Below, piece by piece: positions 47,007-59,810 of a DNA stretch of 64,000 bases. This DNA is from Emiliania huxleyi CCMP1516 (lineage: Eukaryota): assembly GCF_000372725.1 (NCBI RefSeq), contig NW_005201192.1, positions 310,001 through 374,000 of the forward strand, written 5' to 3'. The translations under genes and the position numbers were made by a program. Numbering within the stretch: the stretch's first letter is position 1; every line of letters starts with the position of its first letter. The notes under the pieces were generated by a model. It saw nothing but the letters and a program-made list of their open reading frames with translations. It did no database searches and was not told the origin of the DNA.

Positions 47007-49292
47007 ATGACTGTTCTTTGTGTTGTGTCGGTTCTCAGCCTGCTCCCGTTCGCGACATCACGCCCACCGCACATCGTCTTTATCGTTAGCGACGATCTCG
47101 GCTTCAACGACGTCTCGTTCCACGGCTCGAACCAGATTGGTGCGGCTCTCTGCTGACTGCTCTTTGGGTGAAGCAAGTGAAGCACGCAGTCTGCACATCA
47201 CTCGCGCCGACTAGGCACGCCCAACATCGACGCCATCGCCGCCGATGGCATCACCCTGATGAACTACCATGTGCAGCCAGTCTGCAGCCCGTCCCGCGCC
47301 ACCTTTATGAGCGGTGAGCCGGCCGATGCTGCACACCGCTCTCCCGGCGCCGGTGTACTTGTGCCCATGCTGGCTAGGCCGGCACGTCATCCACACGGGC
47401 ATCTACATGCCGTTTCGGCAGGGCACGCCACTGCGGCTCAACCTGTCCTACTCGCTGCTGCCGCAGTATCTGCGGCGGTGCTGCAACTACAGCTCGCACA
47501 TGGTCGGAAAATGGCATCTCGGGCAGAATGTGCTCGCCGCGCTGCCGACGGGGCGCGGCTTCGAGACGTACCTCGGCTACTGGTCTGGCGCGGAGGACTA
47601 CGTCACGCACGACACGCTCGGCGCCTACGATTTCAACGACGACGCGCGGCACGAGGCGGGCTCGGCTGCGGCGGAAGTGACGCTGCGCCCGGCGGTGGAG
47701 CTGAACGGGACCTACTCGACCGCGGCGATGACGGCGCGCGCGGTCCGGGTGATTGAGGGCTTCGGCGGCGGCGGCGGGCTCGGAGGCTCTCTTCCTCGGA
47801 GGCCTCTCTTCCTCTACCTGCCGTACCAGGCGGTGCACTGGCCGCTCGAGGCGCCGCCGCAGTACGTTGACCGGTACCGCGGGCGGACGGGCGGCGACAC
47901 TCGGCGGCAGCTTGTGTGTGCGATGGCCAAGGCGCTCGACGACGGCGTGGGGCAGGTGACGGCGGCGCTCAAGCGGCGGGGCATGTGGGACGACTCGCTC
48001 GTCCTCTTCTCGAGCGACAACGGCGGCCCGACTAACGGCAACGAGGGGACGTGGAGCTCGAACTTCCCTCTGCGCGGCGGCAAGAACACGCTCTGGGAGG
48101 GAGGCACGCGCGTGGTTGGCGCTGTGCGCGGCCCCGGCATCCCTCGCGGCGCGGCGAGCGACGCTGCGAGAAGCGGCGGCAGACGGGCTGCGGTGGCACC
48201 GCTCACGCCGCCCGCCGTGCGTCAGGTCTCCTACGAGAAGTTGCACGCGACGGACTGGCTGCCGACCCTCGTGGCGATGGCGTCCGGCAGGCCGTGCACC
48301 TCTCGCCCCCGCACCTCGGCCTGACCCCGGACTAGCCTCGGCCTCGGCCTGGCCTCGGCCTGGCCTCGGCTTGACGCCTGTGTGTCTCTGGGGCAGGCCG
48401 TGGACCGCCTCCATCCCGCCCGGCGAGGCGCCGTACCTCGAGGGCGACGGCGTCGACAACTGGCCGATGCTGCGGGCGGGCGGCGCGCCCGGCTCGTCGG
48501 CGCGCGACTGGCTGCTGTACGAGGTGCACCCTGGCGACCGCTGGGCGCCGCACTCCCACGGCGAAACGTCCGGCGGGCGAGCCGCTCTGTTGCAAGTACC
48601 AGTTGAGATGCCGCTTGCGCACACGCTAGGGGACGCACTCGTGTTGGGCGACCTCAAGCTCATCCGGACGGGGAAGGTCAACCCCGCGGAGGAGGACGGG
48701 CGCTCGCCCCGCCCCGCCAGGCGAGGGCCACTCGCTCACGACACCGACTCTTGCTCGACGTGCCGCGCAGGTGGCACCCTCCGCCGGGCGAGGACAGCAC
48801 CGCCACGCGCTACGCCGTCGGAGAGCGGTGCGACCGCTCCCTCCGTGTCGGCGCCGCGGAGGCGATCACCTTGGGACGGGCCCAGCGCAAGGTGCGGACG
48901 TGTCCGGGACGTGTCCGCCGCGTGCGTAGGCGGGGCAGTGCGCGGAGGAGTACTGCCTCTTCAACGTCACTGCGGACGCCTGCGAGTACCACGACCTCGC
49001 GGCGGAAAGGCCGGCCGACGTGGCGCGGCTGCTGCGGCGGCTCGACCGCTTCCGCGCGACGGCGGTGCCGGTGGTGCGGCCGGAGGGGTGCGAGCCCGTC
49101 CGCGTGCCAAACAGCCGGTGGGGGGCGGGCTTTCGCGGCGTGTCGTGGCAGCCGTGCGACGGGCCGATGACGCCGCCCGGCCTGACGGAAGTGGCAAGCG
49201 CGGGGAGGGAGCGGCGCGGCGAGGATTTGTTTGTGCTGGTGCGGGGGAGCGGAGCAGCGAGTCCGAGCGGACGCCTGGAGAGCGTTGCTTGA
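47007..49292 (+). CDS. Secreted arylsulfatase (ARSB-like, formylglycine-dependent), spliced
   Basis: Signal peptide, [51 protein letters not shown]. Confidence 0.95.
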
Positions 49293-50125
49293 CACATGAC
49301 AGCGGCGGAGAGGGTGGCACACGCGCATGTGTGTCGCGCACGAGCGGTCGAGCGCCCTCGCGGCCGCGCGCGCCCCCGGCCTACCCCGCTATAGGGCCGG
49401 CGACCCTCTCTCGGTGCGTCGGAGCTCGAAGCTCCCCCGTCGCATATCTAGATACACGTTTTTGTGAATGCTTCTTCGCGCGCGTGTACGTGTACCCTGA
49501 CTCGTCACCGTCATCAATCCGCGACTCCGCTCTCGCCGGTGTCCGGGGACTCGTCTCTCGCGAGCGACGAGTCTCAGAGAGAGCTGAGACCGCGCGAGAC
49601 TGTGATCTGTGTGGTGTCTGGAGAGAGAGTTTTTGCATTTTGGTCCTCGTTACGACAAACAAACTGCTCTATAAGACGTTATTTCGGCGGGGCCGGCGCT
49701 CATGTGCCTCTCCGCCCGACATGTGCGCCATGCGGAGCTTGAGCCTTGAGCCTTGACGCTTGGTTGTCTATGTCACAACGAGACTGTGGGTGTGGCACAG
49801 AGACGAGAGAGCGCAGATTTTGTATTATTGTATATCGATGTGTGGCTTTGCCATGTGGATTGCATTCATGAACGTAGGCGAGTGCTCGCGAGAGTGTGCG
49901 AACGGTTACGCGCCGCACTCGAGACAGAGCCAGTACGGCTGTCACACATGTGTGTGACAAGGTGCGCAGTAAGGAAGGTGCGTGCCCGGCGACACTCTTC
50001 TAGCTGCGCAGTAAGTATATGTCCGCAGTTAAGAATACCATGTCAGTCAGAAGCGATTGCAGAAGAGAGGGGGGGGGAAGGGAGGGGGCTGTTCGTGCCC
50101 TGACGTGCAGACAGGGAGAGAGGCG

Positions 50126-50970
50126 CTAGAAGCCAAACGCGTCCATGAAGTCGTCGGCCGTGGCCGTGCCGCCGTTGACGTCCACCTCGGACTTGTCGAA
50201 CTTGTGCAAGCCGCCCCCCACCGACTTGCCCTGCGCCTCCATCTCGGCCGCCCTCTTGGCGTTCTCCGCGTCCTTGGCGTCGCGCTCCGCCTGCTCGCGC
50301 GCGTCCTTCTCGCGCTTGGCCTTGGCCGCCGCCGCGTCCATCGCCTTGAGCTCCTCCGCCGTCATCGGCTGCCCGCCGGCCGCCTTGAGCTTCTTCGAGA
50401 GCTCGGTGAAGAAGTCGCCCGCGTCGGAGATCATGAACTTGACGCCGCTCATCGGCCCCGACCCCTTGCCTTTCTTCGCGATCACGTCGGCGATGTGCGT
50501 CTCGAGGTCTGGCCAGGGCGGTGGACAGGGCGGGTGGTGAGGCCCATGCTCGCAGATGGGCGGTGTGGGTGGTGCGCCCATGCTCGCAGATGGGCGGTGT
50601 GGAGAGAGAGGCTGCTCAGAGGTGGTGGCATTGCAGGGACGGAGCGAGGATGCCACGAGAGCGAATGCCGCAGCATGTACACCCGCAGCACGGGAGCCGG
50701 CGGGGACAAGCGCGGCGCGAGCGGCGGCGGCGAAAGTGGTGGTGACGAGCGGTGCGCATGGAGGCACACACCGAACTTCGCAAGGTATTCCTTCATGTCG
50801 GCATCTTGCGCGACCGGCGAGGCCTCGGGAGGTGTGCCGTCTCCGAGCGACGCAGCGAACAGGATCTTTTGCAGCGACTTGAACGGATCGTCGGGCTTTG
50901 CGGCGAGAACCTCGTTCAGTGCTGCCACAAGGTGCTGCCTGAGAGCGTCGGCGTATTCGACCTCAGCCAT
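50126..50970 (-). CDS. Small protein with Dpy-30/RIIa-like docking motif and coiled coil, 2 exons
   Basis: LRQHLVAALNEVLAAKPDDPF; GT-AG intron about 50770-50509; ends DDFMDAFGF*. Confidence 0.7.
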
Positions 50971-51041
50971 GTGTGTGTCGGGCACGTGCGTATCCTCAGC
51001 GCGTTGAAAAAAATATCGCGAAATATTAAAGTAGGGTGGCC

Positions 51042-51064
51042 GCACACGCACACGCACACGCACA

Positions 51065-51095
<31 letters not shown>

Positions 51096-51096
51096 T

Positions 51097-51168
<72 letters not shown>

Positions 51169-51174
51169 CACACA

Positions 51175-51206
<32 letters not shown>

Positions 51207-51218
51207 CACACACACGCA

Positions 51219-51307
<89 letters not shown>
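51042..51307. repeat. (CACG)n(CA)n compound microsatellite
   Basis: Direct reading. Confidence 0.97.
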
Positions 51308-51310
<3 letters not shown>

Positions 51311-52824
51311 CCTCCGCCCCTCCGTCGCGCGCGCCGCGCGCGCGCTGCCGCCGCCGCCCCTCCTCGCTCGCCGTCTTTCCCTCCGTGTGTGGTGTGGTGC
51401 GCGCAGGCCGCAGCGCACAGCAGCGTCCCCACCCCTACGCCCTACCCTCCGTCGCGCCGCCCCTATGCCGCGCGCTGCGCGCCGCCGCCCCCGCCCCCGC
51501 CCCGGCCCCCGCCCCCGCCCCCGCTCCCGCTCCCAAGCGCCCCTTCCTTCCTTCCCCGGTGTGTCTCGTGAGAGGTTATGTGATCTATGAGACCCGCTGT
51601 GCGTCGCGGGTGTGCTAGAAAGTGGAACCGATCGAGAGGTGCCGCTGCCGGAGCCGCCGTGTGTACATGTGCATGCGCATGTTGTTAGGCACGTGAGTAT
51701 GTATGTATGTAGGAAGGTGAAGAACAGTGAGTGAGGCCGGCGGGCGTTTTCTACCCTTATAAGTCTCTCGTGTCGGCGCCGACGCTCTTGGTTTAACCGT
51801 AGAAGTCCCAGCCGAAATCCGCCCGCCACGATCGATCAGTCCACAATCGTCGGCCCGCAGCGACCCGCAGCGACGGATGCCGCCCCTACGGCCCCTACGG
51901 CCGACGCGCCGATGCACGACCGGCCTCCGTCGGATGGCTCTCCGGCCTCTCCGGCCGCTGACTCCTCCCGTGCTGCTGCCGATCCGGTCCCTCTCACGCT
52001 CAGCGATATCACGACAACTTTGAGGTCGCCGGCTTTGGCCAGGTGCCCACCACCTGCTTGCCTCCATGTTCACGCTTCGCGCCCCTTCCCCCCCTCTGAC
52101 GCCGCCGTATGGCCGTAGGTGAGGGGCACGACTGCCCGCCTGGAAGGCGCTCTCATCAGCAAGTCACCCAGGCACCAACTCCTGGGCGTTTACGCTTGAC
52201 TACGAAACCATGCACCTTTTGGATGCAGCTCGATCAAAACGGCGACGCCAACAGCTGGTCCCTGGGCGAGTTACTCGCCCAGGATGAGATGCGGGTCATG
52301 ATGCTCGACCCAGCGTGCACCAAGTCGCTCACATTCCGTGAGTTCGTCAACGGGCGACTGCGATCTCGAACTCCGACAACTGGACTGGTGCACCAGCCGC
52401 GGAGGACGATGGCTCCCTCGACGACATCCCTTCATCGACGGACGCCTTCACCGCCGCCGGCCCTGGGCCATCCATCGCGGCCTCCGACTGGCTGCCGCAG
52501 CTCACACCCTAATCTATCTGCCTTAGGCACGGAGCCAACGGCGCCCGCAGCATCGCGTGCGGCTCCGAGCTGACTGATGAGTGCTTGCGAGAGAGAGATT
52601 TTTAGCAATGCTTGCGATGGATGATCTCCGACACCCAAAACCAAAATGCAAATGCGGAGTGGAGCCCACTTCGCGTGCAGATCCTGCGTCTCTCACTGCC
52701 CGAACAACAGAGGCGGGTAACGCGGCAGGTCCCACACTAGTTTCTGCAAACATGCGAACGGTCGACCCTGTATGTGTGTGTCTCTCTCACCCTGTATGTG
52801 CGAAGGAGCCCACACATCCTCTTC

Positions 52825-54883
52825 ATGTCCATGTCCCTCGGGAGGCTGTCGCTCGAAGCTGCCTCCTCTTCGGGCCGCACGCTCTTCTTCAACGCCTCCG
52901 TCGTGCACACCGTCTCGCCCACTGCACCCTCGGCCGCCGCGTGGTGCGTGATAGACGGCGCCTTCTCAGGTGTCGGCAGCCTGGCTGTCGCGACAGCGGC
53001 TTGCGGTGCCTCGGCAGCGCGTGTCAACCTCCATGGCGCGGTCGTTGTGCCCGGACTAATAGACTCGCACCTGCACCTCCTCTACGGCGGCCTGAAGCTT
53101 GCGCGGCCGCAGCTCGACAATGCCTCGTCGGCTGCCGAGGTCGTGAGCATCCTCCTGGCGCACGTGGCCAAGCGGCCGGTGCCGCCCGGTGGCTGGCTGC
53201 AAGGCTTTGGCTGGGACCAGGAGCGTTTCCCGGGCAAGGTCTACCCGACTCGGGAGGATCTCGACGGCGCCTTTCCGCACACGCCGGTGTGGCTCGGTCC
53301 ATTGACGGCCACGCGGCGTGGGCGAACTCCGAGGCGCTACGCCGCGTCCCGAAGCTCCCAAAGTCGGACCCGCAGGGCGGGCGTATCGTACGAGACCCAG
53401 AGACGGGCGAGCCGACTGGCGTCTTCACCGACACGGCGATGCGGCTTGTCGCGGCGCGCGTGCCTCGGCCGAGCAGGAACGAGAGCCTCTCCGCACTCCG
53501 CCTCGCGCTGGCGCGCCTCTCGCGCCATGGCCTGACTGCGATCCACGACCCAGGCGAGGTGTAGACGAGACATAGTCGGGAGGGAGGAAGAGAGGCAGCC
53601 TTTGCGCTCGCTCCTAGGCATTGGGCTCGAGGAGGTGCCGCTTCTGAAGGAGCTCATCGACGAGGGGGCCTTCCCGCTCCGCTCGTACGCGATGGTGCTA
53701 GCCAATGGGAACGAGCTGGGAGAGCGCCTCGCCACGCCGTCCACGCCAAAGATCCGCGACTACAAGGGCCGGCTCAGCGTGCAGGCCGTGAAGTTCTTTG
53801 TCGACGGCGCGCTCGGCTCGCGCGGCGCGGCGATGCTGCAAAACTACTCCGACGCGCCGCTCGAGCGCGGCCAGCTGCGCGTGCGCGAGGAGGACTTCAA
53901 AAAGGCGGCCAAGGAGTGGGCTGGCGCCGGGTGGCAGCTTGCGGCTCACGCCATCGGCGACCGCGCCAACCGGCTCGTGCTGGACGCCTACGAAGCCGCG
54001 TGCGAGAGCGGCGGCAGCGGGAGCGGCGCGCCGGATTTGCGCTTGCGGATCGAGCACTTCCAGGTCGTCAACGCGAGCGACTTGCCGCGCGTGCGCCAGC
54101 CCGGCGAGAGGCACGGCGGCGGCAGTGCGTGCATCCTCGCGTCGATGCAGCCGACGCACGCCACGTCGGATATGGCCTTCGCCGAGGAGCGGCTCGGCAG
54201 AGAGCGGCTGCGAGGCGCGTACGCATGGCAGAGCGTCCTCGACACCGGCGCGGCCGCGCTCCCCTTCGGCTCCGACTGGCCGACAGTCGGCGTCGTGCCG
54301 CCGCTGCTCGGAATCTACGCGGCCGTGACACGGGAGGAGAGCTCCTCTGCACCTCGGCTGCACCTCGGCTGCACCTCGGCTGCACCTCGGCTGCACCTCC
54401 GCTGCACCTCCGGCTGCACCTCGGCTGCACCTCCGGCTGTAGGACCTCCGCGGCCACCCCGAGGGCGGCTGGCTGGCACAGCAGTGCGTCAGCCGCGCGC
54501 AGGCTCTCCGCGGCTACACGGCCGACGCCGCCTTTGCCGCCTTCAAGGAGGCGTCGCTCGGACAGATCGCCGACGGTTTCCTCGCCGATTTCGTGGCCTT
54601 CGACCGCGACATCCTCGACGAGCAGAGCGTGCCCGACCGCGACATTTGGCAGAGTGCCGTCCTCGCGACGTACAGCGGAGGCGAGCCCGCGTGGCAGCAC
54701 GCGTGTTGGCGGCGCCGCGGCGACGGCGGCGACAGGGGGAGGGGTGGCGGCGGCGGCCAATCCGGCCTAGCGGCGCTGCGTGCGTGCGTCGAGGGGGAGC
54801 GTGCGAGGTCACCGCCGCTTGAGTCCACGCTCGAGCGGCTACAGCGCCTCAGCGCCGCACACGGCGACGGCTGCCCTTTCTGA
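52825..54883 (+). CDS. YtcJ-like amidohydrolase family 3, with a one-base frameshift
   Basis: VVPGLIDSHLH, IDGHAAWANSEAL, VKFFVDGALGSRGA, HAIGDRAN, RIEHFQ, ASMQPTH, FGSDWP; frameshift at about 53299; start codon uncertain. Confidence 0.88.
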
Positions 54884-54900
54884 GAGTGCGGGTCAGGAGA

Positions 54901-55891
54901 CCCTAAAACGGCGGGAGGGGTAGGGGTGCCGCTGTAGCCTATAGGGGTGTGGAGCGCCGAGGGGTCGGAAGGGCGGGAGTGTGTACCGTGACCTAACGCC
55001 CTCCACCGATAGAGGTGTCAGGCGGCAGGGCCCAGGAGGGCACTCGGAGGGGTGGGGGCTGGGAGAGCTGGCCAAAAGCGAGGCGTAGGAGGGCTCGTGA
55101 GGGCTTGCGGAGAGGTGGAGTCTGGAGAGTCTGGAGACGGCTCGGAGGGCTCGGAGAGGGCTCGGAGGGCAGAGAGGCACGAGGGTCTGGCGCTGGTGGG
55201 CTCGGGAGGGCTCGGGGGGGCTCACAAGGGATGGAGTGCCCGGAGGGCTCGGAGGGCTCGGAGGGCTCGGAGGGCTTGGAGGGCTCCACAGTAGGGCTCG
55301 GAGGGGTCTGGAGGGCTCGGCCGAAGCTCGAGCCCTCCGAGCCCTCCGACCCTCGGATGGAGTGCTCGGAGGGGTCGGTTTCGGAGGCGAGCTTGCGAGC
55401 CGGGGTCGGGGAACTCGGAGGGCTCGGAGGGCTCTAACGGCGCCCGAGCCCTCCAGACCCCTCCGAGCCCTACGGGGGAGCCCTCCAAGCCCTCCGAGCC
55501 CTCCGAGCCCTCTTGGGGGGCAGTCACATAAGCCGCGACTTCGTTTTCTTTATCTTTTTGCGACCCCTCCCGGAGGGCCCTTCCGACCCCTCTCGAGCCC
55601 TCCCGCCACGAAGATCCTCCCTTGTCCGACCGTCCCTCCGAGCCCACCCGGCGTCCGAGGAGGGGTTTAGCCCTGTGGAGCCCTCCCGACGCCGATCCGA
55701 CGGGGACCCCTCCAGCCCTGTGGGCTGGCGAGCCCTCCGCCCTCCGGTCGGAGGGGTGGAAGTGGGAGGGCTCGAAGACGGACCTCTCTCGCTCCGGGAG
55801 GGTCGTGGAGGGGTGGAAGGTGGAGGGGTGGAGGGGTGGTTGAGCCCTCTAGCTCTGTCGATATAGCCCTACCCGTCCCGCCGTTTTAGGG
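54901..55891. mobile_element. About 1-kb TIR element filled with GGAGGGCTC arrays in both orientations
   Basis: TIR CCCTAAAACGGCGGGA(G/C)GGGTAGGG, 24/25 match (54901-54925 / 55867-55891); no TSD recognised. Confidence 0.85.
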
Positions 55892-56215
55892 CCTACCCAC
55901 CCGCTATGCTTTCTGAGATGGCTCGTGGACACACAACGCGGGGGGGGTGGCGCGGCGACTCCGCCGGCGACGTTGAGCTGTCCCGTTTACCGTACGTAAT
56001 AAAAATGTTACAAGTTGTAATACAAGTGTAATTTTCCGACCGGCTGTCGCCGGTGGCGGAGACATCGAGATCGACCCCGATATAGAGAGTCCGTGCGGAC
56101 GCATGACTCATAACAGTACCTTAACTGACGCGCTATATCAAGGAGTCAGTGGCTCGAATCGTCGGTCCCCCACCTTTGAGGAGCGACCTGCTACTTGTCA
56201 GTGGGCCAGCATCCG

Positions 56216-56782
56216 TCAGCGTGGAAGGTCGCGAGCGGCCACCCGACTATTACTGACGCTGCAGCAGCCGCATGCTCTCGCTAGCAGCGAAGGCTCCGGC
56301 TGCAGCAGCGCATGATCGAGCTCCGTTTGCACGACAGTCGCGTCGAGCGTGCCGCCCTCGCACTTCTTGAGGATGGATGAGAGCGTGCGGGAGCTCTTGT
56401 CGGCGTAGGCGGCTTGCTTTGAGATACCACACGTCACGTCGACTCCCAGCAAAAAAGAGGAGACAGCGGCGAGGACCGTGGCAGACACGCGAGCGCTAGA
56501 TTCGTCGAGGAGAGCAGAGGAGAGCGCAATGGCGAGGGACAGCAGTAGCGCAGAGATCTGAAGGACGGCCCCAAAGGTGCCAAATATTCGAAGTTGGTGG
56601 TCGAATGCCCTGACTGCCTCCCGCATCGCCTTATGAGCCCGGTCTTTCGTCTCCTGTTTGTTTTCGCCGCTCGGACCCGCTAGTCTCTTCTCGAGCGACG
56701 CCACCGTGGCTTCGAGCTCACGTGCCTTGAGCCTGGCCTCTAGCGATGCCACCTTCAGCTCGAGAGCGTCGGTCGATGCCAT
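56216..56782 (-). CDS. Intronless coiled-coil plus 2-TM protein (SLATT-like topology)
   Basis: 188 aa from ATG at 56782; two adjacent hydrophobic helices followed by a helical tail. Confidence 0.6.
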   Translation of the reverse strand: MASTDALELKVASLEARLKARELEATVASLEKRLAGPSGENKQETKDRAHKAMREAVRAFDHQLRIFGTFGAVLQISALLLSLAIALSSALLDESSARVSATVLAAVSSFLLGVDVTCGISKQAAYADKSSRTLSSILKKCEGGTLDATVVQTELDHALLQPEPSLLARACGCCSVSNSRVAARDLPR

Positions 56783-57014
56783 GACCGCTGGAGGGCGGGC
56801 AAGCTCGAACGCTGGGGTCGGGCCCGACCGTACCCTACCCCCCCAAACAGCTCGAATCCAGGGGGGGCGGACCGTGTTTTCTTTTATGACATGAGAACAA
56901 TCTGTTTCTTCCCAAACGAGCCCAACCAAGCAACAAACGCCGCGATTGTATGTACTTATGCCTTCCTGGCCTGTTGAGCTCGGCGCTTCCGTTCGCCCCC
57001 CACCGACACGGTCG

Positions 57015-59434
57015 ATGCTGCCCTTCGTCGTGCTCGGAGCTGGCGCCGTGGAGTGGCACAGCGTCAAGTGCGAGGACCGCTCCTGCGTCGTCAAGCAGGG
57101 AGGTCGTCCCGGCTCGGACGCCATTGCTTCCTGGGAGGCGAGCGTTGCCCCCGCGGCTCGAGCCGCCTGTCCGCTCTCACATCTGAGCAAGCCCTGCCAT
57201 GTGACGCAGGACGGCGTCTCCACCCACGGCTGGGCGCGTCTGCTAGTTCGTACTGCCGCAGGCCACTCGGACCACGGGTCGGATGACGCGGCCTTTGGTG
57301 AGCTCACTAACTAGAGCTCACACGCATAGAGGCCGCCATCACGTCGCTGTCTGTCTGTTCTCGACTGTCGTGTGCGTGATCTTGGGTCCGGGGTTGTGCC
57401 TTTGTGTGAGCGCCTACCCATTGCGGGCATCGGTCTGTAGTAGATTCATGCCCATCATGTGTCTGCCGCAGGGGGCGGCTACCTCGAGGGCTACCTCAGC
57501 GCCGAGCGCATCGTGCAGCACTTGACCAACATCGGACACGGCGCAAACAGGAAGATGTACGAGAACCCGAACAGGGTCGCCGACTTTATTGTCGCGACGG
57601 ACGATTGGACGCGTGCCAAGGCGGCAGATGCCAAGCGTACGGACCCGTACTGGTCTGCCGTCCGCTTCCTGCAGACCCAGATGGACGGGCTGCGGGCGGG
57701 GGTCAATGCGCGGCTGGAGGAGACGGGTGCGGACGTGGAGCCGCTCAGCCGGTTGGACGTGCTGCGCCTGTCGACGGTGTGGGAGAACGAGGATATCTCG
57801 CTCGCCGTCAATGCCACCGCTATCCCAGACTTCCAGGTGATCTTCCGAGAACCCACTCCTTCGCTCTCCAAGACGCTGCGGGACGTGCCCAGCAACCCCC
57901 CCCCTCCCCCGGCAGGCTCTCTCTGCGGACCAGGCCGAGGTGTGGGTCCGCGAGCGCACGCACTGCTCGATGGCGGTCAAGCTGACGCACGATGGTTCGG
58001 AGCTCTACATCGGGCACAACACGTGGGGCGGCTACCACATGATGCTGCGCGTGCACAAGCGCTATGAATTTGGCCGCGGCGCACCCATCGCGATGAGCTC
58101 ATACCCCGGCGCGCTCGTCTCGGGCGATGACTTCTTTCAAGTGACCTTCTGCCCCCCTCTCGGCTCCCCAACCGCTTTAGACATGCCACCGATCTTCCCA
58201 GCACATCCGACCCGTGCCGTCCCAGGTTGGCAACCTCACCGTCACGGAGACCACGCTCCCGAGCTACAACCACGCTCTCTTTGGCGCCGTGACGCCCAAG
58301 TCGGTACCTTACTGGATCCGCGCAATGGTGGCCAACCAGCAAGCGACGAGCGGCGCGGAGTGGATGGAGGCCTTCGCCCGGCACAACTCGGGTACGTATA
58401 ACAACGCGTGGATCGTGGTCGACTTTGCAAAGTTCGTACCCGGCAAGCCGCTCCGCGAGGGGCTGCTCACCGTCGGCGAGCAGCTGCCTGAGTTTTTTTA
58501 CTTCGAGGACGCGACCGCCACGCTCTCGTACGGATATTACCCCTCGTACAACGCCGCCGTTTACCCTGAGACGGCGCGCCGTGTTGGGCAAGATGCGATG
58601 GTCCGCCTCAAGGGCGAGCGCTTTAGCTACCAGATGGCGCCGCGCGCGCAGATCTTTCGGCGCGACCAAACGCGCGTGCGCTCCGACGCCGATATGCAGC
58701 AGCTTCTGCGCTACAACCAGTTCGAGTCCGACCCGGTGGCCAAGGGCGACCCGTGCAAGCAGCTCGCTTGCCGGGCGGACCTCAACAAGGACTCGGCCGC
58801 GCGGGCCGCCTTTGGCGCGCTCGACGCCAAGTACACCTCATCGGCGCACGTGCGCGCAGACCGGATGGTTGTCATCTCGAGCCCGACCTACGATGATCAG
58901 CCGCCCTTCGAGTGGAGTCGGCTCGACCGCAAGCTCGAGGAGGCGCACCCGCACGAGGGCCACCCCGACCGCTTCCGCTTCCCGTGGCTGGTCGTGGGCG
59001 GAAACATGGAGGCGGCGCCATATGAGGAGATGCCCGACTCAGTGCGCGAGCCCGCCATTGCCAAGGAGCTGCCCGACTGGATCAAAGATCAGCAAGCAAG
59101 GGACCAGGTGCGGGCAGAGGATGAGGCGGAGCGGGCGATCGCACGGGCCAACGAGGAGGCGGAGCGGGCGCGCGACGACACCAAGGGCTTGAGCCTGCTC
59201 AGCATCAGCGAGATGGCCATGCCCGGGACCGTCGCGGGTGCGGCCGAGATCCGCGTGCCAGGCGCCGACGCGACGCCGGCCGCATCTGGTACGCTCGGCC
59301 GTCTCGCTGCCGCCGGCGGTGCCGCCTCCGTCGTCGGCGCAGCAGCGCTCCTCGCACGCTGGGGTGGCCGTGGCCGGCTGTCTGACCAAGGGGCCTGCGA
59401 GCCCGGCGAGGGGTTTTGCATGAGAAAGCGCTGA
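57015..59434 (+). CDS. Phospholipase B-like protein (PLBD family, Ntn hydrolase), spliced
   Basis: GWARL, AGGYLEGYLS, HCSMAVK nucleophile, SSYPG..SGDDF, VTETT, NSGTYNNAW, EQLP, PSYN, PRAQIFRRD. Confidence 0.95.
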
Positions 59435-59475
59435 GGCGTGCCATGACTGCTTGAGGCGTGGTGGACCGCTACTTT

Positions 59476-59545
59476 AGGCGCGGGGACGGCCTACGTCGCG
59501 GCCCTCTAGGCGCGGGGACAGCCTACGTCGCGGCCCTCTAGGCGC
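59476..59545. repeat. About 32-bp tandem duplication
   Basis: TAGGCGCGGGGAC(G/A)GCCTACGTCGCGGCCCTC twice. Confidence 0.85.
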
Positions 59546-59810
59546 GCACGCGCGGCCACCGCTGACGCTGACGGACCAAGTTGCGTCAGCGATGGACACG
59601 TAGCCGGTGTCCAGAGCCACACGTACCACACAGGGCTACGGGTGTGTGACGACTCCTCAAGCCCTCTCTCACACACATGACACACGCACACACCTCGATC
59701 CACGTCGATGCTCGACACGCGCGAGATAAACAACTAAAGTATTTTGACGAACTATGCCTGACCCTGCAGTCGCGAGCTCAAACGCACCGGGCCCCATCAC
59801 TCTTGCCCCA

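Noticed and set aside
52570..52640. CTGATGA as a hammerhead ribozyme core
   Set aside because: No stem II followed by GAAA and no matching stems
44161..59434. Hydrolase cluster (deaminase, sulfatase, amidohydrolase, phospholipase B) as a pathway
   Set aside because: No shared substrate logic, mixed orientations, interspersed unrelated genes and TEs
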